A DNA stretch of 63,790 nt, the filler included, from Hyphochytrium catenoides (Eukaryota; Protista; Hyphochytriomycota), in NCBI GenBank assembly GCA_900088475.1. It is 15 parts of 15 records of this genome, joined end to end, with 100 filler letters (N's around TTAATTAATTAA, not from the genome) between each part and the next. Parts side by side here need not be neighbours in the genome. Positions count along the whole stretch, not along the records: positions 19,455 to 26,445 come from FLMG01000041.1; positions 26,546 to 29,685 come from FLMG01001722.1; positions 29,786 to 34,189 come from FLMG01001725.1; 12 more parts are not named here. One strand, written 5' to 3'. Position 1 is the stretch's first letter, and every line of letters starts with the position of its first letter. Under the pieces are notes generated by a model. It was not told the DNA's origin and ran no database searches. It saw only the letters and a program-made list of their open reading frames with translations. A program made the translations under genes and the position numbers. Below are positions 19,470 to 32,600 of this stretch, in pieces.

Positions 19470-22350
19470 GTCTCTCTCGATGACCTCAAAGATGGAAAGC
19501 GAGAGCGCTCCAGTGACCACATTTGCCTTTTTTCCCTTAAAAGTGGCATCTAGGCTAGCCAGGTTGGTAATGTCAATGTCGATCTTCTTGTACACCTGCA
19601 CGTACGAGCCGAAAAGAGATCAATCCAAGACACAGCAGTGAAAGGGATGGCAGTAGAGAGAGCATCAATCAGGGTGCAAGGAAAAAAGGTCAAGAGTGTG
19701 ATCCCACAGAAGAAATGACAAACTTGACTTTGGAGTGTTGCATCATCTTGGAGAAGCAATCTAATGCTTCTTGGGACCTTAGGTCATCTCTAGCGCCGTG
19801 CACTGCACTCTGTTACATATCTCTTGATGTCCCTGTCATCCCCGTATGAAGGTGCTTTTTGGGACGTACCTCAACGTCTAAGCAAGAATTGATGCTTCTA
19901 ACATCCCAAGTTTTCTCCACGCTCAATTCCGCTATATCCACTCTTTTTCCGTCCCTTCTGACCACTCCATCTTCAAAATAGATCCTAACATTGGGAACAT
20001 ACTCCAGATCTTTGATATCGGTTTTAACGTGGCCCTTAGTGGCTGAGCAGCCGTTGGAGCAGATGTGGACGTTCCTAGAGAATGAGAGTATGGCGGCTTT
20101 TTATCAGAAACGATGGCGTAGACACGGACTCGAATGGAAAAGGATTGCCAGAACAAGAGAAGATTGAAAGACATGCCGGGCAGAGGAGGATGAAAAATCT
20201 ACAATCGGTAAAAGCTACAATGAAGGAGTCTTGAGCACGGTAAGAAGATGAGCAAGGGAAAGTGGAGCAGAATTACACAGGCAGAAAGAGAGATTGCGCG
20301 AAGTTGTCCCATACTTCAGCTTGAAGTTTAGTGTTCCTCTCTTGAACTTCTTCGCCTCCCCAGTGAGAATATTTTCCTGATCAACGTAAGATTCCAGACT
20401 TTTGGTGGGATCCTCTGGCAGTATTCCCGACATTTTACGAGAGACTTTCAGAATGAAAGAACGGAGGCAGAGGGAAAAGGCGGTGTTAAGACAAAGCCAA
20501 ACTGAGCCAGGGCATATATATTATCACATACACAGGCGATGCGAAGGTAGGTCAATGATAAACATAGTGGAGCCCTGTTAGTCCAAGCTGCACCAGAGAG
20601 TGCAAAGCCGTGTTTGCAGACAACAGATGGAGCTTGTTTGCAAACAAAAGAATGAAGGAACTGGATCAGAGCAAGTCGTACAACTGGAGACAGCTCGCGA
20701 TCCACTTAGAGTGTGAGTTGAAACAGATAGTGGACCAGATAGAGAGAGGGGAGGAAAGAGGCAGTGGCCTGGTATTACGTTTGCTAATCTGCCGGAATGG
20801 GTCCACCAGAACAGCTGATAACTGTTGGCCAGGACTAACTAGGGCCGCCGCGGAGAAGGGAGAAAAAGTGAAGGTAACTTCCATGGTTATGGCTTCCTTT
20901 TGGTTTGTCCCTCCTATGGGCGTCAAAATAATGCTTTGGGCCTCACTTTTGGGCTCCCGTTTCGCCACTAATCGTCGAAGGTCAACCAGAGCGGAAGCAA
21001 TGGGCGAGGTAGAAGAGGCCCCGAGAATCTCAAGTAAGAGAGAGGGTGCCTGCAGCGCGTCTGAATGGCGAAGCGCCATTGGGGGAGACGGTACGGCATC
21101 TTGAGTAGCAGGTAGTGGACACTCAGATACCTCCCCATAAGGTTGCAGAGTGCATTTGACCTATTGCGTTCAGAGCAAGAACAGGGAGGTAAGAATTGCG
21201 TAGCAGGTTAGAGAAAGACTCGAAGAGGGAGAAAAGAAAAAGAAAACGTGTCCATTGTATTCTACTACCACGGTTGTCTCTCTGTCACACTTACCGTGCA
21301 TCCCTCTCTGTGCGCCTGGGTTAGACTCTTGGCCTTCAAAGTTCCTACCTGCGCCATTTAGACAAGAAGCCCTTAAGTCCGTCCAAGCTCGAATATAAAG
21401 CTAGTTTATAAGCTTCATACCTGGGCCAGAATGATCCCTGTCGGGTACTCTTGTCTCAAGCTTAGCTTTCCAGTAAGAAGGTCATCCATAGACTGAAGAG
21501 AGGAAGTAAGCGAAGAAAGGGAGCTGCTTGTGAGGGATGAGAGTGAGCTCATAGAGCTGATCATGTTCGCATTCAGTGCCCGCAGATTCTGCTGGGCCGT
21601 CTCTGGGTCCAGAAAAGACGGAAGACTAGCGAGGCTTTCCCTCCGAGTAACATCACTCTTTTTTGGCGTAAGTGACGAGAAAAATCCTTTAGAGCTTCGG
21701 GGCGATCCCTTCGGCGATGAGGAAAAGAACTGCCGCAGTCGCAAAAGAAAAACAGACAATGAGAAAATTGATTGAGCGACACGCTTATTGATTGTCAGGA
21801 CGGACGTGTGGCTACAGCTACGAGTGAACAGGCGGCACGGAGACTGAAATAAGGCAACGAATAAGTAAACGTAAACGAACTAGAGTTGGACACATGTTCA
21901 TTTGGCCCCTTGCTAGTGAAAGCAACTCGTACCTCCTTGAAAGTGGACGAAGAGCCCTCTCTCCTAGGACGGCCTTCAGGCTTCTTCGGGCCTGCACATA
22001 GCGGAAGCAGCCGAGGAATGATCAGGGGTAGCGATACTACCATAAGATCTTTCAAGATCCGTCACCCATCAAGATAAAGTGAGCCTAGAACAGACATATG
22101 AAGGCGCACACTGTGGCGCTTCTCTAGTGGATTTTCTCTTGTTGATCCTCTTCTTCTCCTTTCTCGCGACCCACTGTGGCACTTACTTGGCTGAGCTTTA
22201 CCCACCACCACTGGTGTCGTAGCTGAACTTTCCTCCATCACTCTTGCTGGGACTCCGCAGCACGAGGATCGCTGCTGGAAGATTCGGCAGAACTCCCCAA
22301 AAGATGTCGGAATCAGCAGGCAGAGACGACGTACGTGCAGCAATGCCGGT
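19470..22350 (-). CDS. Probable multi-exon gene, possibly with C2-like domains; structure unresolved
   Basis: Several same-strand exon-like ORFs (21415-21759 Ser-rich; 20666-21079 LLLEILG..PIASALVDLRRL; 20215-20433; 19932-20174; ~19470-19600) separated by intron-like gaps. The family call is only an impression. Confidence 0.35.
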
Positions 22351-23692
22351 GAAGAAGTGCAGATGACATGTAGAAGTGAGACAGGCAGACGGCCAAGCTA
22401 AGAAATAAAGAGAAAAGGAACCCGGCGATGGGGTGAAGCAAGCCGGAAGGATCTGGCTGCTAACAGATACATGGGTACTAAGCGGGCTTGACCCTCGCAT
22501 CTCTTGGCAAAGCAGGCCATTCGACTGCCTAGCGGACGAGTAACGGGCAGGGAACACGGGAGCTACCAGCAAATAGCAGGGAAAGAACAGAAGTCTTTGA
22601 ATGGAAGAGATGAAGTTGAGTGAGCCAGACAGACAGGGGAAGGAACAAAAGTATTGAACCCTTGGCACTAGATAGAAACAGCATGAGACAGAGGATAGAA
22701 ACAGCATGAGACAGAGCACCATCCTTGAGTGGAGGATGCCGTTGAGAGAGCGAAAGAGATTGCTCACTTCTCTCCAGCTTGGAGCAGCCAAACTCGGATT
22801 CCTGCCCAATGCCTAACAGCGCTATATCCGAAATTTGTCTTTCCGAGTTTTGTAACGCCCCTCATCACTACCAAGAATCTCATCGGGCTCTGATACGTCT
22901 TCCTCCCTATGTCTCTGCTGACCTGCCAGTTAGAGAGCTGGGTAAAAATGACTCGGTCTCTTTCCAATATATCTCGGACGGACTCTGTCTTCCTCAATAG
23001 GCAAGCCCTTTGCAACCCCACTGTGTATGGAATGACTGACAGTAGCGGATGATACAACCACCACCAGCAGCCAAAGAGGGGCCAAGCTCCACAGGCTGGC
23101 TCCTTCTTTATTATTAGAGCATTAGCTGTCCATAGCAAGCTGCCAACAGCGCGACTGTTGGAGAACTGTTGCTGGCGCGCACCCTCCTCGTGTCCTCCTC
23201 CTGGCAGCAACTACTACGAGGCTCATCATACCAGACATTACAATGCAGAGGAAGATAGCTCTTCAGCCCGGGTGTCATCGACTAACTTCAATAAACATAC
23301 GAGGATGGTAGCTCTCTTGCTATCTCATCAGTGCAATTATTACTTGAGAATGTGGTTGACCTCGCAGGGATTGGCATTCTAGATGATTCTTCGTCACTTT
23401 TAGTCCAAGCAGCAATCAGTAGCAAATCTTCTTCTTGCTACGCTGTAGAATTCTCACGCCACTAATCGACGTGTATATGATTCTTTTCTTGCTGCTTCTA
23501 CCCTTGTAGCATACTGTATCCTTTTAAGCCACAATTGAGGCATTGTCAACATGTGCCGGCCTGGGTGGTGCTTCTTGCTTGTTGGACCGCAACATGGACA
23601 CTTGCTGCTATGTATGAAACTAACAAAACATTGCTGCGCCAACAACCAACGATCTATTTTCTGACATTATGGCTTCGACTCATTAGTATCTA

Positions 23693-24610
23693 TTATATAG
23701 AGAGTATGAAAGAAGGATCGCTGCTATCATCAGACCTGAAAGAAGAAGCGAGAATTTCCTGCAGAGGTGTGTCTACAAGGTACATAGCTGTGTTGACTAG
23801 CGGCGGAATATTGGCCGTGCCCGAAGAGTGAAGGCCAACCACGACGTTACGCTCTGCGTCAAGGACCGAGCTGCCGCTGCTACCTGGCTCGGTGTCACAC
23901 TGGTGGTGAAAAGTGTCGGTAGGACTGAGATCGTCCGGAGAGGGCGTTAGCGTCCGGTCTAGGAGCTGACAGTACTTGGACCATTCGAGCGGCCGTCTCT
24001 TTGGAAACCCAAACATTGTAAGGGGAGTGCCCCCTTTAGGTCTACTCTCCAGGTCAACTCTAACAGAAAAAGGAGGCGGATTATCAACTTTGATTATGCC
24101 ATAGTCTCTGTTACTGGACGAGTCCCAATAGAACTCCGCAGCTAGGACCATTTGGCAGTTGCTCGTCTGGTATGGCGTCATGCTGTCATTGAAGACTCCC
24201 CACTCGATGGTGTAGTTGCTTGCATTGCAGGGCTGGTTGCGCACGGCGAATAGCTCTTCCGGATATAACCTTTTCCTTAAGCAGTGACCCGCGGTCAGGA
24301 CTATGCCGTCGCCAATATGTGTGACTGTGCACCCTCCTCTTGTGGTCCTTCCAAAGGCCCTCAAGTTTGGCTGAAAGATGGTTGGGATGTTGCTGCCATT
24401 AGCGTTGACAACAACGAAGTCCCTTTCTCCAATTATAGTCCGGTCAACTTCAAAGGGCTGGACATCGAGGCCCTCTTCGATTCCACCCAGTGATTCAAAG
24501 GAAATCTGAGCAATACTCCTGCCTAGGATGTCCAGGAACAAGAGGATTAGCATTAGCAGGCTTCTCCGACAGGTAGGGACACGAGCGCTCCCTCTTGAAT
24601 ACTCGCACAT
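23693..24610 (-). CDS. Secreted trypsin-like serine protease (clan PA), intronless
   Basis: Catalytic motifs GCTVTHIGDGIVLTAGHC (His), DYGII (Asp) and CDTEPGSSGSSVL (Ser); hydrophobic N-terminus (likely start MLILLFLDIL). Confidence 0.9.
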   Translation of the reverse strand: MCEYSRGSARVPTCRRSLLMLILLFLDILGRSIAQISFESLGGIEEGLDVQPFEVDRTIIGERDFVVVNANGSNIPTIFQPNLRAFGRTTRGGCTVTHIGDGIVLTAGHCLRKRLYPEELFAVRNQPCNASNYTIEWGVFNDSMTPYQTSNCQMVLAAEFYWDSSSNRDYGIIKVDNPPPFSVRVDLESRPKGGTPLTMFGFPKRRPLEWSKYCQLLDRTLTPSPDDLSPTDTFHHQCDTEPGSSGSSVLDAERNVVVGLHSSGTANIPPLVNTAMYLVDTPLQEILASSFRSDDSSDPSFILSI

Positions 24611-25088
24611 TATGATACTTGTTGGGACGACGGGTCGGTTGCCAAGGAATCCTAGGGGAGTGCACAGTACTGAGCCAGTTAAGAAATAGAGTGAGTAGAT
24701 GACTGCCTTGACTTCAAATAACCGCTATCTCCTTTCACTCAATAGACTCCAGCTGAAAAGAGGATGGAAGACATTGCAGATTGCACAAAAAGCGCGGCGA
24801 ACAATTTTTGACTGGACAGGTTTCATAATGAGAACTCATGCCTCAAAACCAGCCTGAGTGCATCGGCACGTGGTCGAGGCGTCGACGCACAGACCGCTCC
24901 TTATGATAACAGCAGTACTGTGGTACTGGACCTCGAATTTTTTGGCACCAAACTGGGCCTGCATGTCAGCACCAAGAATAAACCGACCTCAGTTCTTTCC
25001 GGTGTTCTGATAGGCGGACGTAGTGGAAGTGCAGAACTTCGAAGCCACATACCATAATGCTGGCGTGTTGATGCATTGGTCTCTCCCG

Positions 25089-25160
25089 CGCACAGGAGCA
25101 TTTCTTCACACTGTTTTCCCTGTACGCACAGGAGCGTTTCTTCACACTGTTTTCCCTGTA
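25089..25160. repeat. 36-bp tandem duplication (2 copies)
   Basis: cgcacaggagc(a/g)tttcttcacactgttttccctgta twice, adjacent, with no spacer. Confidence 0.9.
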
Positions 25161-26803
25161 GGCTCTTCGATCGCTGAGTCGCTAGTAACGATGGGTAACA
25201 ACCACTCTTGCAGAAGAGTTCCTCGGCGCGAGGAGCTGTGCAATGACAAGTTGACGATGGACAGGAGTCATCAACAGGGAATAAACTGGAATAAGAAGAT
25301 ATAAAAAATCCCATAGTCCAAACACTGTCCACATAAAAGGGTGCATTGTCTTGGTAGTGGACAGCCAGCCTTTCTATTCTATGCCAACGGGTCGTTGGTG
25401 ACATGTTCTTGAGACTACTAAGTCCTAGCTTAAGTCCTGTAGAATTACCTACAGGACCAAGTGCCTATAAGGCCTTTCAGCTGCGGCGCCGAGAAGAGCG
25501 TATAGTCATGGGTTGTCATGATCTTATCCGTCGTTTACTAGCAATCTTTCTCATTAATAAAGCCTTTTATGGTCGCCATTCAGATACAGAACTTAGGCTG
25601 AACAGCTAGAACTAAGAACTGACTCTGCGGCATAGCTCACAAGGACAGCATCTTATGCCCTAGAGTCAGAGTCATCCTTTCGCACCGACAACCTCAAATG
25701 AATAAGTTCAGGTTGAAATTAGAGGCCAAGTAAGTAGAACGACCACCCTCCAACAGTAGCTGTTAGTCCTAGTAGTACCGTTTTACAGACAGCTGAGGAC
25801 ATGGCTCGCAACAAGCAGGCTCCAAGCATAGCTGCTCCACAGAGCACAAACGACTAATGGCGAATTAGGGAACGGAAAGTACGAGAAGTAGCGACCTGGA
25901 GGCCGCCGAAGTTTTATTAGCGTCCAAAGACCTATTCATCTTCTAATCCTCATCTCTCGCTATAACTGCCTTGTCAATGGATTTCATGCTGGCCCACCCT
26001 CCACCAAAGTAGTTCTACTGGTAGATCTTTTTGCCCTTGGCCGACAGGACAAGGGTCTCAACTCAGGAATGAGTATGTGTGTGGCATGGAAATTAAAATT
26101 CCCATGNNNNNNNNNNNNNNNNNNNNNNNNNNNNNNNNNNNNNNNNNNNNNNNNNNNNNNNNNNNNNNNNNNNNNNNNNNNNNNNNNNNNNNNNNNGGCT
26201 GCGAGTCTTTTCCATAGCTTCGGGTCCCCTAATGGGCTGCAGATAGGGCAACGTTCACAGGCATATGCGGTGAATCGTATTATGATCCTGGTTGTTATTT
26301 ATAACAGAGGCCCTTTAACAACATGTCCCAGGTGTAGAACATTACATAGCTCATACGTACGCCGCTCAAAGGGATCTTTGCTTTTCCCATAAGTATCAGT
26401 GGATTTCTCCTTCTTCTCTGTATGCCATTGTTCTTTTGCTTTCGTNNNNNNNNNNNNNNNNNNNNNNNNNNNNNNNNNNNNNNNNNNNNTTAATTAATTA
26501 ANNNNNNNNNNNNNNNNNNNNNNNNNNNNNNNNNNNNNNNNNNNNAGAGAGACAGAGAGACAGAGAGAGACAGAGAGAGACAGAGAGACAGAGAGACAGA
26601 GGGAGAGGAAGTAAGGGAGAGTGAGAGAGCGAAGAGAGCCGCAACAGGAGAGAATAAAAGAAAAAGGAAAAGAAAGAGAGAAAAGAAAGACAGCAAAAAG
26701 GAGGAGAAGAATAGTTGTTAGGGAAGAAGAGAGAGTGAGAGAGAGAGAAAAAGAGGGGTAAAAAAAAAACGGACTTCCAGCAAAGAGAGAAAAGAGAATG
26801 CAT

Positions 26804-27455
26804 CTACCTGATTGGCGTTCTAATAGAGACGCCGTCGCCATCTCTCTCTCCTGTTCCTCGCAGGAAAGGAGGCGGCGAGGCAACACCGTCAGTCTCTTCT
26901 TCTTCTTCTTCTTCTCTCTCTTCGCTTTCTCTCACGGTTCCCAAAGAAGTCAAGAGATGAGCATCAGCATCTTCTTTTTGCGCTCGGAAGACTCTCCGGA
27001 TCCTTAAGAAGAGAGCAACGACGAGAACAGCGCAAAGAGCGAGAAAGAGGAGAAAGGGAAGCTCTCCCCAGAGAGAGAGAAGATCCTCGCTGTTGCTATC
27101 AGGAACTGAAGCTCCAGCCATGACAACCACACCCACGATGACGAATGCCACGCCTGACAAAAGAGAGAGCAAAAGAGAGAGAGAAAGAGAGAGAGAGAGA
27201 CGCAGAGACGGAGACAGACGAGAGAGGAGGAGAAGGGCACAGGAAGAGGATAAGAGTAGAGTGAGAGGAGAGAGAGAGAGAGAAAGAGCGAGAGAGTGAG
27301 AGAGAGAGTGAGTGTGAGAGAAAGAGCGAGAGAGTGAGAAAGAGAGAGAGTCAGCAAAGGAACGTCGCTAGTCTGGAAATGAGCGCAAAGGCAGCACTGG
27401 AGTACCGACGTCAATACTCTTGACTTAGGCAGGAACGTCATCAAGAGAACAAAAG

Positions 27456-27513
<58 letters not shown>

Positions 27514-28577
27514 TCCCTGATGACACCAAGGCAGGCAGACAGACAGAGAAGAGACAGACATAGACCAAAGCGAGGGGGATTAAGAAAAGGCTGAGACACA
27601 GAGCGAGGGAAAGATAAGAGGGAAAGGAAGCAAGAGAGGCAAAGGGCTGATAGATAGGTAGAGACAGAGAGAGAGAGATTACCCGAGCGAGAGAGAGAGA
27701 GAGAGAGAGAGAGTGGGGTCCTACCATAGAGGTCTGTTTTGAACAGTTTTTGCTTGAGCCAATAATGCGCCAGCAACACGTTCGCTACGATCGTCGTCCC
27801 GCCGCCAAGAGAGGCGACCACTGTCTGAGGTGCAAAGCCTAAGACCAGGAGGGAAGAGAAAGAGAGAGAAAGAGAAGAGAGAAAGGAGAGGGAGAAGGCG
27901 GGGTCCAAAAGAAAGAGAGGGTCAGGGCTAAGCTACAAACAAGGAAGAGGAGACAAACTTCAGATCGCAAGAATCGATCCCATGAAGGAGAGAGAAAAAC
28001 AGAGGCGGAAAAGAGAGAGAGAGAAGAGAGAGAAAGGCTTTGACCAGCCTCCCAGCCTGATATCCCTCCTGACGTTTAAAGTTGTCCCGTCCCTCTTTTA
28101 GGCTATAACAATAGGACTGGCTGCCAGAATCTTTTTCTCTTCCTCTCTCTCTCTCTCTTCTCTCTCCCCCCCAGCTCTCTCTCCTTCCCCGCTTCCTGCC
28201 GCCCACCACCTTTCATCATCTACCTCTTCCAGCTGTCACAAAAGTTCTTCTTTCAGAACTGTCTAGGTCTCCAACTCTCTATGCTCGAAGCCGTTCTCTC
28301 TCTTTCTCCTCTCTCTCTCTCCCCTTCTCTCTCTCTTTCTCTCTCTCCCCGTCTCACCTAGGGCGACAAAGTCTCCTACTGCTCCAAAGATAATAAGGAA
28401 CATGCCGAGCCACCAGAGCGGGCGATGATAATACACTTTCTTCTTCTCCGGCGCCAGCTGCTCGTCCAGGTCGTGGCTCCTCTTCTGCACATTGACGCCT
28501 AGATTGGACCCGATCGCGGCAAGAATCGCTAGGATTCCGCCTAAAACCATCATCCCGTCCAACTGAATAGCCGCCAT
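26804..28577 (-). CDS. NIPA: NIPA-family magnesium transporter (DMT superfamily), 3' partial
   Basis: Exons: ILAILAAIGSNLGVNVQKRSH...YYHRPLWWLGMFLIIFGAVGDFVALG (~28359-28577); FAPQTVVASLGGGTTIVANVLLAHYWLKQKL (~27723-27840); GVAFVIVGVVVMAG... (~26804-27154). Confidence 0.88.
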
Positions 28578-28578
28578 G

Positions 28579-28656
<78 letters not shown>

Positions 28657-29235
28657 GAGAGGGAGATGGAGGAAGCGTACTCGCGCTCTAGGAGGGAATG
28701 TGACCAAGGAAATGGCTTGCGGAGAAAGGAGCTTGCAATGGAGCTGAGCGTTGCGAGAGGACTAGTGAGGAGAACAGAGAGGGAAAACGTGGGGGAAAAA
28801 CAAAGAGAGAGAGAGAAAAAGAGAGACGATAGGGAAAGAAGAGAGAGAGAGAGAGAGAGAGTCTTGTTCTCAAAGGCCCGCCTCGTGCAACTTACACTTC
28901 AGCCATTATGCTGGTTGCAGAGAATCAAAAGAGAGATAGGAGAGGGATGCGGCTGAAGAAGTCAGGGAAGAGGCGACGAAAGAGAGAGAGAAAGAGAGAA
29001 AGAGAAAGAGTCTTGTCCAGGTGATGAGAGATCCAGAGGGAGAGACAGATTATAAAGCACGTAAACCCAAGCAGAGAGAGAAAGAGAAAGTCTTCAGGAG
29101 ATTCTCTAGCAAGATGTCACCGGTCAGCCGACAGCGACGACCAGCGGCGGCATGGCTTTTCTCTCTCTTCTTTTTCTCTAGAGTCTGCAAGTGCTTGAGA
29201 GATAAGGAGATGCTTCTATGACAAGATGATGCTTT

Positions 29236-29266
<31 letters not shown>

Positions 29267-29584
29267 AAAGCATCCTCTTGTCAGACGTACAGGTTGTTTG
29301 ACATGAAAGAGAGAGAAGAGACAAAAGACGATCCTCTTTCCCACTTTAGCATGCGCAACAGAGGAAGGAAGTAGAGATGCGCAACAACGACAGAGAAGAG
29401 AGAGCACACAGCTGTTTCTCTCTCTCTCTCTCTCTGTCTCCCTCTCTCTCTCTCTGTCTCCCTCTCGCTCACTTGCTCCTCTCTCGCTCTTTCTCTCTAG
29501 TTCAACCTCTGTTGCCTTCCTTATCTTTCCTTATCCTCTCCCCTTCTCACCCACTCTCTGTCTCTCTCTTTGTCTCTCTCTCTC

Positions 29585-29626
<42 letters not shown>

Positions 29627-32600
29627 GGCCCAGTAATGCTCTTCCTTCCTCTTTTGTAACCCTTGGGCGTCATCCCTCCCTTTCCNNNNNNNNNNNNNNN
29701 NNNNNNNNNNNNNNNNNNNNNNNNNNNNNTTAATTAATTAANNNNNNNNNNNNNNNNNNNNNNNNNNNNNNNNNNNNNNNNNNNNATCTTAAACCCTTCT
29801 GTCTCCGTCTCCAACTCAAAGCTCTCTCTAACTTCTCTCTGTCACTGCACCATCTTCCTCTGTCTCTTTCTTCTACCTGCTTATCTATTGTATGACCTAT
29901 CTCTCTTCCTCTCACTTCTATGTCTCTATCTCACTCTTTCTCAATTTCAGTCTTCGTTCTTCTCTCTTTTTCGCTGTTTGGCTGTTTTCCCCTATGTTTT
30001 GTCCCTTGCGGGTGATGGCTGAAGGAGGCGATGCCTCTGTTTGTATCTATGGACTACCGATGGTCAGCGCCATGAGTAATAATATGGGAAGCTCTGAGTT
30101 AGCCCTCGGCTTTACCTGAGAGGTCATAGTAGTACGATACGGCACTCTGTGGAAAGTGGTAATAAGCTGGTCTTCTTTTGATTCCTATACTTCCTCCCTT
30201 TCGTGTTCCGTAGTAGTAGTGTGAGCCATCATCACTAACCAATCTAGGAGGAGGACAAAAAGAGCAACCAAGAATGACCGGTTCAGGTCGTATTATTACG
30301 CTCAGAAAGCCTAAGGTAAAGTATGGCAGGACGAGGATGTGCTAGGTAGAACTATTTACAAGGACAAACCTAGGGACCCACATAAACATAAGGAACTACA
30401 AGGAAAATCAACTACTGTCCTATCTGCGTGGACCATGTAGCGTCTGTTCAGAATAGAGTTGGGTGGTATCCCCTCCATTTATCACTAGCTGTAGTAGTTC
30501 CTAGGCAGTCTGTTCGTGCTGTACGCTCATTTGATAGTGCACTTCATCTTCTTTGATGATGATGATGATGTTAAAGATACGACACCCTTACCACCATGAT
30601 GGGCTGGGAGCTGCCTGCTCCGGGCCCTGAGGAAGGATGTTCACGCTTGTCTCTCTTGGCCTATGAGACATGAAAAGTCGACTTCCTGTCTGCAGTTGGC
30701 CCTATTGAAGCAGATCATTATCGTCCTAATCTACCATACCGCTGCCACCACTGCCCACCCCAGTCGTCAATGCACGCATGAAGAAGAATAATCAATATTA
30801 CGACGATGACTTACACAAGGGACTTTGATCGTCTTTACGTTCATCTTTAACTATTATGATGGTCCAGCTTTGGCAGCGCTGAACAACACTCTCGCTTCTG
30901 GTGGCAGGAAGGACGACTCTACTCTTCTTTATTCTAGCTAATTCATACTACTTCTTATTACGTGATGTCGTCTTGACGATAGAGTAGTGATGATGTGGTA
31001 AGGTGCGTTCCACTAACGTGAAAGGTTATGATGTGCTACTGTAGGTGATAACTAGAGCTTGATACCTGCTCTTCAGCGTAATAGTTTGCTGCTATTGAAC
31101 GGAATCTTCCCTTCCTTTGGATGTAATAGTGGCGGTTACCAGTACCTCCTACTATTACCGTCCAATGAGAAATGATTCTTTCGCTAGGAATCTACGTCGC
31201 CTTACAAGTTGTCATTGTTAAAAGAGTTGAATAATAGTAAGTGCTTCCATTAGTAGACAGTCCGCGAGGAGGACCATAATGCCCCTGGCCATCGAAAGTG
31301 GAGAAAGTATAACTATGGGCCGAGGCAATAAATAACGGTAACTTGTTAGCAGAACTACTGCGAGGCTAATAAGTTCTTCTCTTCTATATATTATACACCA
31401 ACGGACAGCAAGAACTGGTGACTGGTCCCTACCTACCCTCCTTCACCTTTCCCTCCACTCGTCAACCATCAATCAGCAGCATTCCTGCCTCTTGGGTGAT
31501 ACTGAGTTGTGTACCTGAGTCTGCTGAATGACGGTGGCAGAATATAGAGGACAAAACGTTACAACTTGATTATGCAAGAGAAGACGTGGTGACGCTCATT
31601 TAGTGATAACTTGGCTTCTTCCGTGTGGTGGTGGTGGTGGTTTTGACGTTGACGACATACCAAAAGAGAGCAAGGGAACTAGAAATGGATCCCTCCACCA
31701 TCTTAAGTACTGCTTGGTCACCACGAAGATGAAGAAGTAGAAGTGAAAAGTAGTATGCACCTAGCTCACCGATCCTTAACGATGATAATATCTTTGATGA
31801 TGATAAAGATGTCACCATACTTAACAAACAAGCAACCACATGCGGGTCCTGCCCGATGGTCTCGCTTATGCTATCTTCGGTGCTTTCTGTCCGCCCTTGC
31901 TCTTCCGCTCTGCCTCGACCAAGACGGACTCAACACCATTTTCGATGGCTGGCGCCCTCCAACAGTATCTGAATCATACCTTCTTTGATATTTTCTGCCT
32001 TTTTAAGCGGACACGAATCGCTGGTTAGCTCCTATTTCGTCGGCAACTCCTCGCGATACCTACTTGTTTAGCTCTTACCGAAGTTCTGAAGCCTCTCATC
32101 ATCTGGCTGTCGGTCCTCCTTCCTTCCTGGTTCTATTTGCGATCCAACAATGCCTTTTCTGATGCGTCGTCGTCTTGCGACTGGGTTGTTCTTCGCCTCT
32201 CTGTCGCACTCGTTTCCATAAAATCAACCCAACAATACTAAGTTGGAGCTCTTACTACATTTTTTACTACCGTGTCAACTAGTAGAGAGAAAGAAAGTAG
32301 TACCGATGAGGGAACAAGCCCTTACTATCTCTCGGCAGTCCAGTCAGAATATCTCCGAGGCAGATAGATGCACTGATCGGATGATGGACTCTGCTAAGCG
32401 ATGACAACCTTTCTTTTTGCATGAGTGAAACAGTTGTCATTAACCCAGCCTACTTACATATAGAGGTACGACGGATGAAGGATGATGGCAATAATTGATG
32501 AAAGGAAAAGCACACCAAAAAAGGTGTGAGCGGGTGAGGGATTGCATCAAGCAGACATTGGCCAAGATGATAGGATGAAACCTACCTGACTAATAAAGGA

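Noticed and set aside
25089-25160. 36-bp repeat as a CRISPR array
   Set aside because: Only two adjacent copies, no spacer, no cas genes, and a eukaryotic context.
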